Assembly (NCBI GenBank): GCA_022710645.1
Contig: JAKLGL010000001.1
Span: 167,426-231,425, forward strand
DNA: 64,000 bases
Source of the DNA: Patescibacteria group bacterium
GTDB taxonomy: Bacteria; Patescibacteriota; Patescibacteriia; Magasanikbacterales; GWA2-37-8
Direction: 5' to 3'
Under the pieces are notes generated by a model. The model was given only the letters and a program-made list of their open reading frames with translations, searched no databases and was not told the DNA's origin. Every line of letters begins with the position of its first letter. Position 1 is the stretch's first letter. Both the position numbers and the translations under genes were made by a program. Shown one piece after another: positions 19,452 to 28,996 of this stretch.

Positions 19452-20597
19452 TTATACTATTTTTCGCAACGCCAATCCTATAGCTACCGACATTCTCGGA
19501 CCGATTTCATTGAGCACTGGTTTGAGTTTTTCTTGATGGACAACTCTGGCCCACGGATCTCCCAAAAAACAACGTATTTGAAATTTCTCCGCTAAAAACT
19601 GGGCTATATAAGGCAAGCTTGCCGCTCCGCCGGTCAAAATTATTTTTTCCGGTTTTTTTTGTTCATTACCCGTTTGTCGCAAATAAACATCAAAACCGTA
19701 TTCTATTTGTTTAACAATAGGATCGATAACCGGGTTAAGCAATGCTAAAAATTTATCTTTATCCAAAGAATTTTTTCCACTCCCGGATTGAAAATGAAAT
19801 ATGTCTGTTTTAATCTGTTCAATTTCTTCATTTTCCACTCCCAAAGTTTTTTGTAATAAAACATCTATCTTATCCCCTCCCAAAGTCAAAGAATGGTGAG
19901 TTATCGGCGCACCCTGATCAATGATAAAAAAATTCGTTCGTTCCGCGCCCATATCTATCAACATAGTGACAGCCGTATCACGTCCGACCAAAGAACGAGC
20001 CAAAGCGACTGATTCCGGCTCCAAAGCTTGGAGCGTTAAACCGGCTTTGGTAAAAACTTGAGTATAAAAAGTCACCAATTTTTTGGAAACAGCGTTAACA
20101 ATAACTTTCTGATTTTTATCTCCGTTCTTGATAATCTGATAATCGAGAACCATTTCTTCCACCGGAAGAGGCAATAATTTTTTGATTTCCGCTTTCAAAA
20201 CCGCATCAAATTCTTTTCTGTCCAATTGAGGCAAATTGACAACTGTATGAAAAACAGCGGAAATCGGTAAACTGGCGGTGGCTAATTTTGAAACAGTTTT
20301 TGCCATTTTACAAACAGCTTTCAAATCAGCGGCGTAATTTTCTATTTGTTTAGGATCTTGCGCTTCCGGTAAATCTTGCAGTCGCAATTCTTTACCCGTA
20401 ACAATATTTTTACTTTTTAATAAATCCTCGACTGTTTTTTCCGTCGGAGCAAAAAGCTTATGGATATTTTTACGTTCCGAACCATAACCATAGGTAAAAA
20501 GAACCGGACGATTTTTTTCCTGTTTCAATTCAACCAATTTTATACCGTGCGCACCCAAATCCACCCCCAAATAGGATTTTGGTTTAGAAAATAACAT
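19452..20597 (-). CDS. pilM: type IV pilus assembly protein PilM (actin-like ATPase fold)
   Basis: SYLGVDLGAHGIKLVELK N-terminus, ...ILTGGAASLP, C-terminal ...IGLALRKIV. Confidence 0.8.
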   Translation of the reverse strand: MLFSKPKSYLGVDLGAHGIKLVELKQEKNRPVLFTYGYGSERKNIHKLFAPTEKTVEDLLKSKNIVTGKELRLQDLPEAQDPKQIENYAADLKAVCKMAKTVSKLATASLPISAVFHTVVNLPQLDRKEFDAVLKAEIKKLLPLPVEEMVLDYQIIKNGDKNQKVIVNAVSKKLVTFYTQVFTKAGLTLQALEPESVALARSLVGRDTAVTMLIDMGAERTNFFIIDQGAPITHHSLTLGGDKIDVLLQKTLGVENEEIEQIKTDIFHFQSGSGKNSLDKDKFLALLNPVIDPIVKQIEYGFDVYLRQTGNEQKKPEKIILTGGAASLPYIAQFLAEKFQIRCFLGDPWARVVHQEKLKPVLNEIGPRMSVAIGLALRKIV

Positions 20598-20899
20598 AAT
20601 TAAAAGTCTATAAAGTTAAAAAGTCTTTAAAGTCTACAAAGTCACGACTTGATGGACGTTATAGACTTTATGGACTTTTGACTTAAATATTATACCATAT
20701 TTTAATGTCAAAAACCACTAGGGTTGAAAAAGTTGTTAAAATAAGATAAAATTCCAATGGTTAAACTCTAAATCCTAAGCCCTAAATTCTAAACAATATC
20801 CAATATTTAATATTCAATATCAAAAAATTTGAAATTTGAAATTCAATATTGTTTAGAGATTAGAAATTAGAGCTTAGAATTTAAATCATACTCTAAAAT
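20598..20899. repeat. composite intergenic repeat region: AAGTCTATAAAGT-family units (20602-20690) plus a long AT-rich palindrome (20750-20899)
   Basis: ctaaacaatatccaatatttaatattcaatatcaaaaaatttgaaatttgaaattcaatattgtttagag is a near-perfect palindrome; 20611-20690 is homologous to 36268-36345. Confidence 0.75.
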
Positions 20900-22264
20900 A
20901 TGTCCATAACTCTATTTAATACCCTCGGTCGTCAAAAACAAGAATTTAAACCTATCAAAAAAAACAAAGTCGGTCTTTATACTTGCGGACCTACAGTTTA
21001 TGATTATGCGCATATTGGTAATCTGAGATCGTTTGTTTTTGAAGACATCTTAAAAAGGGTCCTGCAATATAATGGTTTTAAAACCAAACATGTAATGAAT
21101 ATCACCGACGTCGGACATTTGGTTTCGGATAGTGACGAAGGCGAAGATAAGATGGAAAAAGGCAGCCGTCGCACGGGAAAATCCGCTTGGGAAATCGCCA
21201 AATTTTACACCATGTCTTTCAAAAAAGATTTATCCGATCTAAACATCATTTCTCCGACTGTTTTATGTAAAGCCACAGACCATATCAAAGAGCAGATAAA
21301 TTTAATCAAAAAACTGGAAAAGAAAGGTTTTGTTTACCAAACCGTTGACGGAATTTATTTTGACACGTCAAAATTAAGCGACTATGGCAAATTGGCGGAT
21401 TTGCAACACCAAGAATTAAAAGCCGGAATACGTGTTGAACTGGGCGGTAAAAAACACCCCAATGATTTCGCGCTTTGGAAATTTTCTCCCAAACATGAAA
21501 AAAGACAGATGGAGTGGAAAAGCCCGTGGGGTATGGGTTTTCCCGGTTGGCATATAGAATGTAGCGCCATGTCTGTAAAATATCTCGGACAACCTTTTGA
21601 TATTCATTGCGGAGGTATAGATCATGTCCCGGTTCATCACACCAACGAGATAGCTCAAAGCGAAGCGGCAAACGATAAACCTATGGCCAATTATTGGCTT
21701 CATAATGAATTTTTGAATCTGAAAGACGCCAAAATGTCAAAATCAGGTGAGAATTTCATCACTTTATCTTCGCTGGTTGAAAAAGGATATAATCCCCTCG
21801 CCTATCGTTATTTTCTTTTACAAGCTCATTATCGTAAACAAGTTGTTTTCAGTTTTGAAGCTTTGGATTCGGCGCAAAAAGGTTTGGAACATCTTTATTC
21901 TGTCGCCGGGAATATAGATAAAAAAACAAAAACCGCCTCCAAAGAAACAAAAGAAATATTTTTGAATTTTATCAACAATGATCTGGACACTGCCGGAGCC
22001 TTGGCTTTTGTTTGGGAAAAATTAAAAGAAAAAAAATTAGATTTAAAAACATTATTAAAATTTGACGAAGTGTTTGGTTTGAAAATAAAAGAAAATCTCA
22101 AAGAGAAAAAAACAAAAATTTCTGATGATGCGGAAAAGTTGGTAGCGGAAAGAAATACTGCGCGCCAAAATAAAGATTGGGGCAAGAGTGATGAATTGAG
22201 GAAAAAATTGGAAGGGATGGGATATAAGGTGGAAGATACGAAAGAAGGAACGAAAATAAGCTAG
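20900..22264 (+). CDS. cysS: cysteine--tRNA ligase
   Basis: HIGN motif (YAHIGNLRS), KMSKS motif (KMSKSGENF), Zn-binding cysteines. Confidence 0.95.
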   Translation: MSITLFNTLGRQKQEFKPIKKNKVGLYTCGPTVYDYAHIGNLRSFVFEDILKRVLQYNGFKTKHVMNITDVGHLVSDSDEGEDKMEKGSRRTGKSAWEIAKFYTMSFKKDLSDLNIISPTVLCKATDHIKEQINLIKKLEKKGFVYQTVDGIYFDTSKLSDYGKLADLQHQELKAGIRVELGGKKHPNDFALWKFSPKHEKRQMEWKSPWGMGFPGWHIECSAMSVKYLGQPFDIHCGGIDHVPVHHTNEIAQSEAANDKPMANYWLHNEFLNLKDAKMSKSGENFITLSSLVEKGYNPLAYRYFLLQAHYRKQVVFSFEALDSAQKGLEHLYSVAGNIDKKTKTASKETKEIFLNFINNDLDTAGALAFVWEKLKEKKLDLKTLLKFDEVFGLKIKENLKEKKTKISDDAEKLVAERNTARQNKDWGKSDELRKKLEGMGYKVEDTKEGTKIS

Positions 22265-22299
22265 GATATTGAATACTGAATATTAAATATTAAATTAAC

Positions 22300-22385
22300 A
22301 TCGACTGTCATCCTGAACGCAGTGAAGGATCTGCAAGCAAAATAATTTCTTTTTACAGATTCTTCGTCTGCGACTCAGAATGACA
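22300..22385. repeat. GC-rich imperfect inverted repeat (gtcatcctgaacgcagtgaaggatctg ... cagattcttcgtctgcgactcagaatgac)
   Basis: ~28-bp arms with ~80 percent complementarity and a 22-nt spacer; followed by two terminator hairpins. Confidence 0.6.
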
Positions 22386-22391
22386 AACAAA

Positions 22392-22460
22392 AAAACCGTC
22401 CGCAAGGACGAGTTTTTGTTTTAGAAAATAAAACGACGGACCCGCAGGTCCGCCTATACA
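22392..22460. terminator. two consecutive rho-independent terminator hairpins between convergent genes
   Basis: aaaaaaaccgtccgcaaggacgagtttttgtttt and aaaacgacggacccgcaggtccgcc. Confidence 0.65.
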
Positions 22461-22475
22461 ATGAACGAATGATGC

Positions 22476-22985
22476 TTACTTTTTGATAAACATCAGTGAT
22501 ACCTCGTCGGTGTCAATAACAACCGGATTCTTCTTGCTCTTCACAGTGAGCATCAACTGGAAGGCTTTTCCTTCACAGTTAAGCACTGTAAGAGAATTTT
22601 CGTTGCCGAAAACAATATTTCCTTTCAAAGGTTTGTTTTCTTTTGTAACTTCTTCCTCGGAAATCTTTTTTTCAGGAAAGATTTTTTCATAGTGTTTTTT
22701 GAATCTTTCATCTTTTTTTGTTTCCGGAAAATGTCTGAAGATAGATTCCATTACAAAAATCTGGTAATGTACTGACCACTCTTCTCCGGCTTTAAACATC
22801 TCTTCTGCCAGTTTAAACAACCTGTCTTTCATAAGATTGTTTTTCTGATAAAAGAGTGTTCCCGCTTCAATTGCCTGTCCTACACCTGCGGGAGAAATGT
22901 TTAACAGCTTTTTCAACTCCACATTTTTAAATCTTGTTTCTTCAAGAAACAATCTGATTCTCTCTTTTCCAGTTAACTCATCCAT
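22476..22985 (-). CDS. hypothetical protein (169 aa) with codon usage unlike its neighbours
   Basis: AGGAG RBS; promoter TTGACA-17-TATAAT at 23041-23070; frequent ctg/cag/gtg/aag codons versus tta/caa/aaa in nearby genes. Confidence 0.55.
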   Translation of the reverse strand: MDELTGKERIRLFLEETRFKNVELKKLLNISPAGVGQAIEAGTLFYQKNNLMKDRLFKLAEEMFKAGEEWSVHYQIFVMESIFRHFPETKKDERFKKHYEKIFPEKKISEEEVTKENKPLKGNIVFGNENSLTVLNCEGKAFQLMLTVKSKKNPVVIDTDEVSLMFIKK

Positions 22986-23040
22986 TTTTCATTCTCCTTA
23001 TAAAATAAATTGTCAAACAACTAAAAAATAACTAACGACA

Positions 23041-23070
23041 TATTATAGCACATTTTAGCCTTTTTGTCAA
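23041..23070 (-). promoter_or_regulatory. near-consensus sigma70-type promoter (TTGACA-17 nt-TATAAT) reading toward 22985
   Basis: minus-strand sequence ttgacaaaaaggctaaaatgtgctataat. Confidence 0.6.
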
Positions 23071-23192
23071 TAGTCTTTCTTGGCTAATATAAGCCAAAAC
23101 AAAATTTAAAAAACCGCCAAAAAGGCGGTTTTTTACTTTATAAAAAGACTTTATGGACTTTATAAACTTTATGGACTTTTCAGACTTTCACC

Positions 23193-24122
23193 CTACATCC
23201 ATTTCTTCCTTTTAAATATCAATATCATAAGCAACGCGCCCAAACCTATCAAACCGGCAATTATCCAAAAACCTCCCGGAGTATTCACAAAAGGTCTACC
23301 TGGAGCTTCGATGGCAAAAAGCGCAGCAACCAAAGTAAGCGGAAAAGTCACTACTGAAATCAAAGTTAAAGTTTTCATCACTTCATTGGTACGCAAAGTA
23401 AGAATAGACTCATTGGTTTCATGCAGGGCATTGATACTTTCTTTTTGACTTTCTAAGATATGCCAAATCTCGTTGGCAAACTCGCGAAGATTGTTGATAT
23501 AGTTTTGATAAGAAAACAGATCCAGTTCCCTGCCGCTATACATGATGAGACGCTCCAACACAGTCCTGTGTCCTTGCATGGTGCGGCGGAAAGTAACGAT
23601 ATTGGTTTTGAGACGCAAAATTTCTTCAGCCATGTCGCGTCCGGATATTTTGTGGGCAAAAAGTTCGCCGTCAACCTGATTGATGTCTTCATTGACATGG
23701 AGCAATATCGGGAAAATCGATTCGAGCAATTGACTTAATAATTCAAATAAAATATGAACCGCTGTGCCGGAAAAAAATTTCGCTCGAATTTCATCGTTCT
23801 TTTTACACAAGTTAAAAAAATTATCCAAAATCGGCAATTTATTATCATGAACGGTTACCAAAAGATTGCTACTCAAAAAGAAATCCACTTCGGTAAAACC
23901 CAGACGTCTGGTTTCTCTGTCAAAAACCGGAAAATGCAAAACCATAAAATAATAATGGTCGCGTTTCATTATTTTGGCGCGCTGAAAAGGCGGTAAACTT
24001 TCTTTGATATCGCCATGATCAAAACCAAACTTCTTTTGAAGTTTGAACAATTCTTTTTCCGATTGCTCCGGCACATTTACCCAAAGTATGCCCTGATGAG
24101 ATATTTCGCTTGTGGTTTTCAT
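23193..24122 (-). CDS. CorA-superfamily divalent cation channel homolog lacking the GMN motif
   Basis: C-terminus ...LTLISVVTFPLTLVAALFAIEAPGRPF...IIAGLIGLGALLMILIFKRKKWM aligns with CorA TM1-loop-TM2 and the KKKWL end, but AIE replaces GMN. Confidence 0.7.
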   Translation of the reverse strand: MKTTSEISHQGILWVNVPEQSEKELFKLQKKFGFDHGDIKESLPPFQRAKIMKRDHYYFMVLHFPVFDRETRRLGFTEVDFFLSSNLLVTVHDNKLPILDNFFNLCKKNDEIRAKFFSGTAVHILFELLSQLLESIFPILLHVNEDINQVDGELFAHKISGRDMAEEILRLKTNIVTFRRTMQGHRTVLERLIMYSGRELDLFSYQNYINNLREFANEIWHILESQKESINALHETNESILTLRTNEVMKTLTLISVVTFPLTLVAALFAIEAPGRPFVNTPGGFWIIAGLIGLGALLMILIFKRKKWM

Positions 24123-24204
24123 AACCCTCCAAAAATTATTTTTTAGCTAATTTCATTATACCACATATTCGGCTTTCTCTCCAAATCACAATCAAAAAGC
24201 GTAT

Positions 24205-24747
24205 TTGTTATCATTTGAAAAAAGTGCTATAATATGGAAAAAGAAAAATGTGGCCATAACTCCGGAAAAACAACTTCTAAACATGGAAGATAACCAGGCA
24301 GAACAAGCCGGAGATTTTGTCGTAAAAGAAAATAAAGAATCGGCAGAAAGCAAAAAAGAGACTCTTTCTCCCAAAAAAGAAAATCAATCTAAGCCAGAAA
24401 CGGAAAAAAAGCCTTTTTTCAAAAAACCTCGCATTGTTTCCGTGGCAGTGCCCAAATTACGCGACGCAACAACGGTCAGGGTGGAAAAAATCATGGAAGA
24501 GGGTTTGCGCGAAGCTTATGAAAAGATGTCCCCCATCGCCAAACAAGAATTCAAAATCAAGGGCGAAGAAACAGCGGAAAAAATCGGCCAACTGCTCAAA
24601 AAAACTCATGTAAAAGTCAGGAAAATTTTCACTTTGATTTTTGAATGGCTCAAGATGATACCCGGGGTTAATTATTTTTTTCTGGAACAAGAAGCCAAAA
24701 TCAAAGCTGATCGCATACTAGCTTTAAAAAATCATCAAAAAGAATAA
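24205..24747 (+). CDS. hypothetical K/E-rich protein (start may be at 24283)
   Basis: ORF immediately upstream of, and co-oriented with, the ATPase gene (3-nt gap). Confidence 0.5.
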   Translation: MLSFEKSAIIWKKKNVAITPEKQLLNMEDNQAEQAGDFVVKENKESAESKKETLSPKKENQSKPETEKKPFFKKPRIVSVAVPKLRDATTVRVEKIMEEGLREAYEKMSPIAKQEFKIKGEETAEKIGQLLKKTHVKVRKIFTLIFEWLKMIPGVNYFFLEQEAKIKADRILALKNHQKE

Positions 24748-24749
24748 CT

Positions 24750-27308
24750 ATGTCTTTGTTGGGAATTTTTGAAATTAATCTAAGTCTTGATATATTGACA
24801 TCTTTAGGGTTTCCGCCCGAGACTCAAACCGTAGTGTTCAGCGCCGCGCTTATTTTGGTATGCTTGATATTAATGGTCAAAATTTTACGCTTGGTGATGC
24901 ATGAAAAAAATCGTCGCGGGAAAGCTTTTCATAAAACCGTATTTTTGATAAAAGTCCCAAAAGAAAAAAAAGGTGATAAGCAAGAAAGTTTTCAAGAAGA
25001 AAACATAAATCAAATTCGCGAACAAATAGGTACGGCGGAAACTTTATTCTCCAACATCGCCGGCTTGCGTCCGCAAAAAGGTTTTGGGGCTTGGTTGTCC
25101 GGTCGAAACGATAATTTATCTTTTGAAATTGTCGTTAAAGACGGATCTATTTCTTTTTATGTAGCAGTCCCGGCCAAACTTCGCAGTTTGGCGGAACAAC
25201 AAATACACGCTCAATATCCCAATGCCGAAATCAGCGAAGAACCTGATTACAATATTTTCAAGCCGCAAAGTCATATTGTCGGCGCTTATCTCACTTTTAA
25301 AGAAAAATCTTTTTTTCCTTTTAAAACCTACAAACATCTGGAAAGCGATCCTTTGCCGGCATTATTAAACCCTCTTTCAAAATTGGAAAATGATGAAGGC
25401 GCGCTTATCCAATATATAGTCAGACCGGCAGCAAGCAACTGGCGCAAATCCGGAGTTAGAATAGTGCGAGAAATAAAGGAAGGCAAAAAATTCGAATCTG
25501 TTTTGAAAAATTCCGGTTTTAGCAATGCCGCCGCTTCTTGGACTAAAATTATTTTTTCCAACAATAAAAAAGATACTTTGAATCCCAAAGAACCTTACCA
25601 CCTTACTCAGATGGAAGAAGAAATGGTAAAAGGAATGGAAGAAAAAATGAGTCGCGGCGGATTGGAAATCACTGTGCGTTTGGTCAGTTCGGCAAATTCA
25701 CGCGAAAAAGCTAGGTTGAATCTGGATAATATTATCAACGCGTTTTCTCTTTATAATATTTATCGTTACGGAAATTCTTTTTCTGCGCTTATTCCTCGTC
25801 GACCCAATCGTTTGATTCAAGATTCTATCTATCGCGCTTTCAATGAAAAATTTTCTCGAGTCGCTTCCACTGAAGAAATGGCTTCTTTTTGGCATTTACC
25901 TCTCCCCTCCACCGAGACGCCTCATATCAATTGGTTGGGAGCCCGCAAAGCGCCGCCACCGCTTAATATGCCAAACGAGGGTATTGTTTTGGGTCGTTGT
26001 GTTTATCGCGGAGAAGAAACAACTGTCAGGATGAAGCGAGCCGATAGACGACGTCATCTTTACACTATCGGTAAATCCGGCGTTGGTAAATCCGTATTCA
26101 TTCAAAACTTAGCCGTTCAAGACGTGCTTAACGGCGAAGGTGTTTGCGTTATAGATCCGCACGGTGATTTTGCCGAATATGTGCTGCAACATGTTCCCAA
26201 AGAACGCGCCGAAGATGTTATTTATTTCAATCCTTCAGATACCGAACGACCCATAGGTCTCAACATGCTTGAAGTTAAAACCGAAGATCAAAAAGATTTT
26301 GCTTGCCAAGAAATGATTTCCATTTTTTATAAAATGGTTACCGATCCGTCCATGATCGGTCCGATGTTTGAACACAACATGAGAAATGTCATGTTAACCT
26401 TAATGTCAGATGATGTTATGCCGGGAACGATAGCTGAGATTCCGCGTATGTTCACGGACGATGAATTTGTAGAAACTTGGAAGAAAAAATTAAAAGACCC
26501 GGTAGTCATGGCTTTTTGGGAAAAAGAAATGGCCAAAACTTCAGATTTTCACAAATCGGAAATGCTCGGATATCTCATTTCCAAAGTCGGTCGTTTTGTA
26601 GAAAACGCCATGATCAGAAATATTATCGGTCAATCGCATTCCGGATTTAATTTTCGCGAAATCATGGATAACAAAAAAATATTGATAGTAAATTTGGCCA
26701 AAGGATTAGTCGGAGAGATAAACTCCAATTTACTCGGTATGATCATTGTTTCCAAGTTACAAATGGCCGCCATGGAACGAGCATCTTTATCAGAAGAAAA
26801 ACGCCATGATTTTTATTTGTATATTGACGAGTTTCAAAATTTCATTACCGATTCCATAGCCACCATTCTTTCCGAAGCTCGCAAATATCGCTTAAATTTG
26901 ATAGTCGCCAACCAATATATGAAACAATTGGAAGACAATAAAGGCAAAACCGCGGTGCGAGATGCCATCTTGGGAAATGCCGGCACTATCGCCTCTTTTC
27001 GTATCGGTATAGAAGATGCAGAAATACTACAAAAAGAATTTGCGCCCGTATTTTCAGCTTATGATTTGGTCAATGTAGAACAATACACCGCTTATGTGAA
27101 ATTGCTTATTGACAATACCGCCGCCAAACCGTTTAATATGTATACTCTACCGCCTCAACCAGGTAACAAAGAAATGGCGGCCGCTATCAAAGAACTCTCT
27201 CGTTTGAAATACGGACGACCCAGAGAAATAGTCGAAGCGGAAATTTTGGAAAGATCGGCGTTAGGCTCTATCATGACCGGCACTCAACCGACCGAACCGA
27301 GTTTATAA
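24750..27308 (+). CDS. membrane-anchored FtsK/HerA-superfamily P-loop ATPase (VirB4/VirD4/TraG-like, AAA_10/DUF87-type) with a large unrecognised N-terminal domain
   Basis: N-terminal TM (AALILVCLILMVKIL); ~400-aa N-domain shared with ORF 34753-36099; Walker A YTIGKSGVGKS; VCVIDPHGDF; NPSD...P.GLN; Walker B FYLYIDEFQNF; LIVANQYMKQL (Q..QL motif typical of conjugative coupling / HerA ATPases). Confidence 0.85.
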   Translation: MSLLGIFEINLSLDILTSLGFPPETQTVVFSAALILVCLILMVKILRLVMHEKNRRGKAFHKTVFLIKVPKEKKGDKQESFQEENINQIREQIGTAETLFSNIAGLRPQKGFGAWLSGRNDNLSFEIVVKDGSISFYVAVPAKLRSLAEQQIHAQYPNAEISEEPDYNIFKPQSHIVGAYLTFKEKSFFPFKTYKHLESDPLPALLNPLSKLENDEGALIQYIVRPAASNWRKSGVRIVREIKEGKKFESVLKNSGFSNAAASWTKIIFSNNKKDTLNPKEPYHLTQMEEEMVKGMEEKMSRGGLEITVRLVSSANSREKARLNLDNIINAFSLYNIYRYGNSFSALIPRRPNRLIQDSIYRAFNEKFSRVASTEEMASFWHLPLPSTETPHINWLGARKAPPPLNMPNEGIVLGRCVYRGEETTVRMKRADRRRHLYTIGKSGVGKSVFIQNLAVQDVLNGEGVCVIDPHGDFAEYVLQHVPKERAEDVIYFNPSDTERPIGLNMLEVKTEDQKDFACQEMISIFYKMVTDPSMIGPMFEHNMRNVMLTLMSDDVMPGTIAEIPRMFTDDEFVETWKKKLKDPVVMAFWEKEMAKTSDFHKSEMLGYLISKVGRFVENAMIRNIIGQSHSGFNFREIMDNKKILIVNLAKGLVGEINSNLLGMIIVSKLQMAAMERASLSEEKRHDFYLYIDEFQNFITDSIATILSEARKYRLNLIVANQYMKQLEDNKGKTAVRDAILGNAGTIASFRIGIEDAEILQKEFAPVFSAYDLVNVEQYTAYVKLLIDNTAAKPFNMYTLPPQPGNKEMAAAIKELSRLKYGRPREIVEAEILERSALGSIMTGTQPTEPSL

Positions 27309-27360
27309 TATAAGTTTATTAAATTTTAACAATAAAGGAGGTTAAGGCCTGCTTTTTATT

Positions 27361-28905
27361 ATGTCAACTTTATATCGAAAATACAGACCGCAAAAGTTTT
27401 CCGATTTGGTAGAACAAAAACATTTGGTCAAAACTTTGCAAAATGAAATCAGCGGAGACAAAATAGCTCATGCTTATCTTTTTTCCGGACCGCGAGGAGT
27501 TGGTAAAACAACTCTGGCCCGACTTTTTGCCAAAGCTGTCAACTGTCAAAATCGCAAACATGGAGAATATGAACCTTGTGATGAATGTTCTTCTTGCCTT
27601 GAAATATCCGCTTCTCGCAATATTGACGTGATAGAAATTGACGCAGCTTCTCATACCGGCGTGGACAATGTTCGAGAAAACATTATTGAAAACGCTCAAT
27701 TTAAGCCGACTAAATCAAAATACAAAGTTTTTATTATCGACGAAGTGCACATGCTTTCCACTTCAGCTTTTAACGCTTTATTAAAAACTTTAGAAGAACC
27801 TCCGTCTCATGCCGTTTTTATCTTAGCCACCACCGAACCGCAAAAAATACCGGCCACCATCATTTCTCGCTGCCAAAGATTTAATTTTAAAAAAATAAAT
27901 TTTGATTCTTTGATTAAACGTCTTGAAGATATAGCTGAACAGGAAAAAATCAAAGTTGACGAAAGTGTATTACGTAAAGTCGCCGCCAAAAGCGACGGCT
28001 GCATGCGTGATGCCGAAAGTTTACTCGGACAAATCTTTTCTTCCGGAAAAAACAAAATAAGTAAAGAAGAAGCCGACAGTGTTCTCCCGACTTCACAAAT
28101 GGAATCGGTAGCTGATTTTGCCGAGGCTGTAATAGATAAAAATCTCGTTGCCGCTTTGCAAATTATAGATGATTTGGCGCAAAACGGAATATCTTTGACA
28201 CAATTTCACGAGGATCTGCTTTCTTTTTGGCGATTACTTTTGATGATAAAAAACAAAATAAAAACATCGACTATTTACGAATTTAGCGATGAAACGATAA
28301 AAAACATGGAAACAATGGCGCAAAAATTAACAGAAAAAGAAATAATGTCTTTTGCAGATTCAACTTTAAAAAGATTAATTTTTGCTAAAAATTGTCCTTT
28401 GGCTCAACTTCCATTAGAGCTTTTGGCGGTAGAACTCATAGAAGACGAATCAGAAAATGAAACTACAAAGGAACCGCAAAAACCGAAAAAAAATATCGTT
28501 GAAATAAAAAAAGAAGAAGAAACAAAAAAACCGGAGGTCAAAAAAACAAGTGAAGAAACTCCGATAGTTCCGCCTAAAAAAACTTCCGCTAAAATCGTAT
28601 CGTTTGAAGAGATAAATGAAAAGTGGCCGGAAGTAATGAGCAAAATAAACGAGAAAAGTCCTTCACTTTTATTTGTCGTTAAAATGGCGGATTTGATAGA
28701 AGCTTCAGATAATATTTTGACTTTATCGTTGCCTTACGATTTTCACCAGAAGAAACTCAAAGATTCCAAAAATAACGAAATTTTACAAACGATATTTAAA
28801 GAAATTTTCGGCGAAACACTTCAACTTAATTGCTCAGTTGCAGAAAAACCCTTAAATACTGAAATAAACGACCTCGCTGCTGATTTTGGCGGACAAGTGA
28901 TTTAA
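27361..28905 (+). CDS. dnaX: DNA polymerase III subunit gamma/tau
   Basis: YRKYRPQKFSDLVEQKHLVKTLQN...AHAYLFSGPRGVGKTTLARLFAKAVNC, Zn module CDECSSC, DEVHMLS. Confidence 0.9.
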   Translation: MSTLYRKYRPQKFSDLVEQKHLVKTLQNEISGDKIAHAYLFSGPRGVGKTTLARLFAKAVNCQNRKHGEYEPCDECSSCLEISASRNIDVIEIDAASHTGVDNVRENIIENAQFKPTKSKYKVFIIDEVHMLSTSAFNALLKTLEEPPSHAVFILATTEPQKIPATIISRCQRFNFKKINFDSLIKRLEDIAEQEKIKVDESVLRKVAAKSDGCMRDAESLLGQIFSSGKNKISKEEADSVLPTSQMESVADFAEAVIDKNLVAALQIIDDLAQNGISLTQFHEDLLSFWRLLLMIKNKIKTSTIYEFSDETIKNMETMAQKLTEKEIMSFADSTLKRLIFAKNCPLAQLPLELLAVELIEDESENETTKEPQKPKKNIVEIKKEEETKKPEVKKTSEETPIVPPKKTSAKIVSFEEINEKWPEVMSKINEKSPSLLFVVKMADLIEASDNILTLSLPYDFHQKKLKDSKNNEILQTIFKEIFGETLQLNCSVAEKPLNTEINDLAADFGGQVI

Positions 28906-28921
28906 GTCAAAAAAAGTCCAT

Positions 28922-28985
28922 AAAGTTTACCCCGTTAAATCCCCATGGGGTCTGCCTTTGGCAGAATTTAACAGGGGTAAATAAA
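28922..28985. repeat. nested triple palindrome (outer tttaccccgttaaat/atttaacaggggtaaa enclosing ccccatgggg and tctgcctttggcaga), flanked by AAGTCYATAAAGT repeat units
   Basis: three palindromes visible directly; intergenic between dnaX and the next gene. Confidence 0.6.
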
Positions 28986-28996
28986 GTCTATAAAGT

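Noticed and set aside
21004-21703. minus-strand ORFs within cysS
   Set aside because: They overlap the well-supported cysS frame, which carries HIGN and KMSKS motifs.
24750-27308. the 852-aa ATPase as FtsK/SpoIIIE proper
   Set aside because: It has a single N-terminal TM and a large non-FtsK N-domain. It lacks the multi-TM FtsK N-terminus and gamma domain. Its motifs (DP.GD, NPSD, Q..QL) fit conjugative VirB4/VirD4/HerA-like ATPases better.
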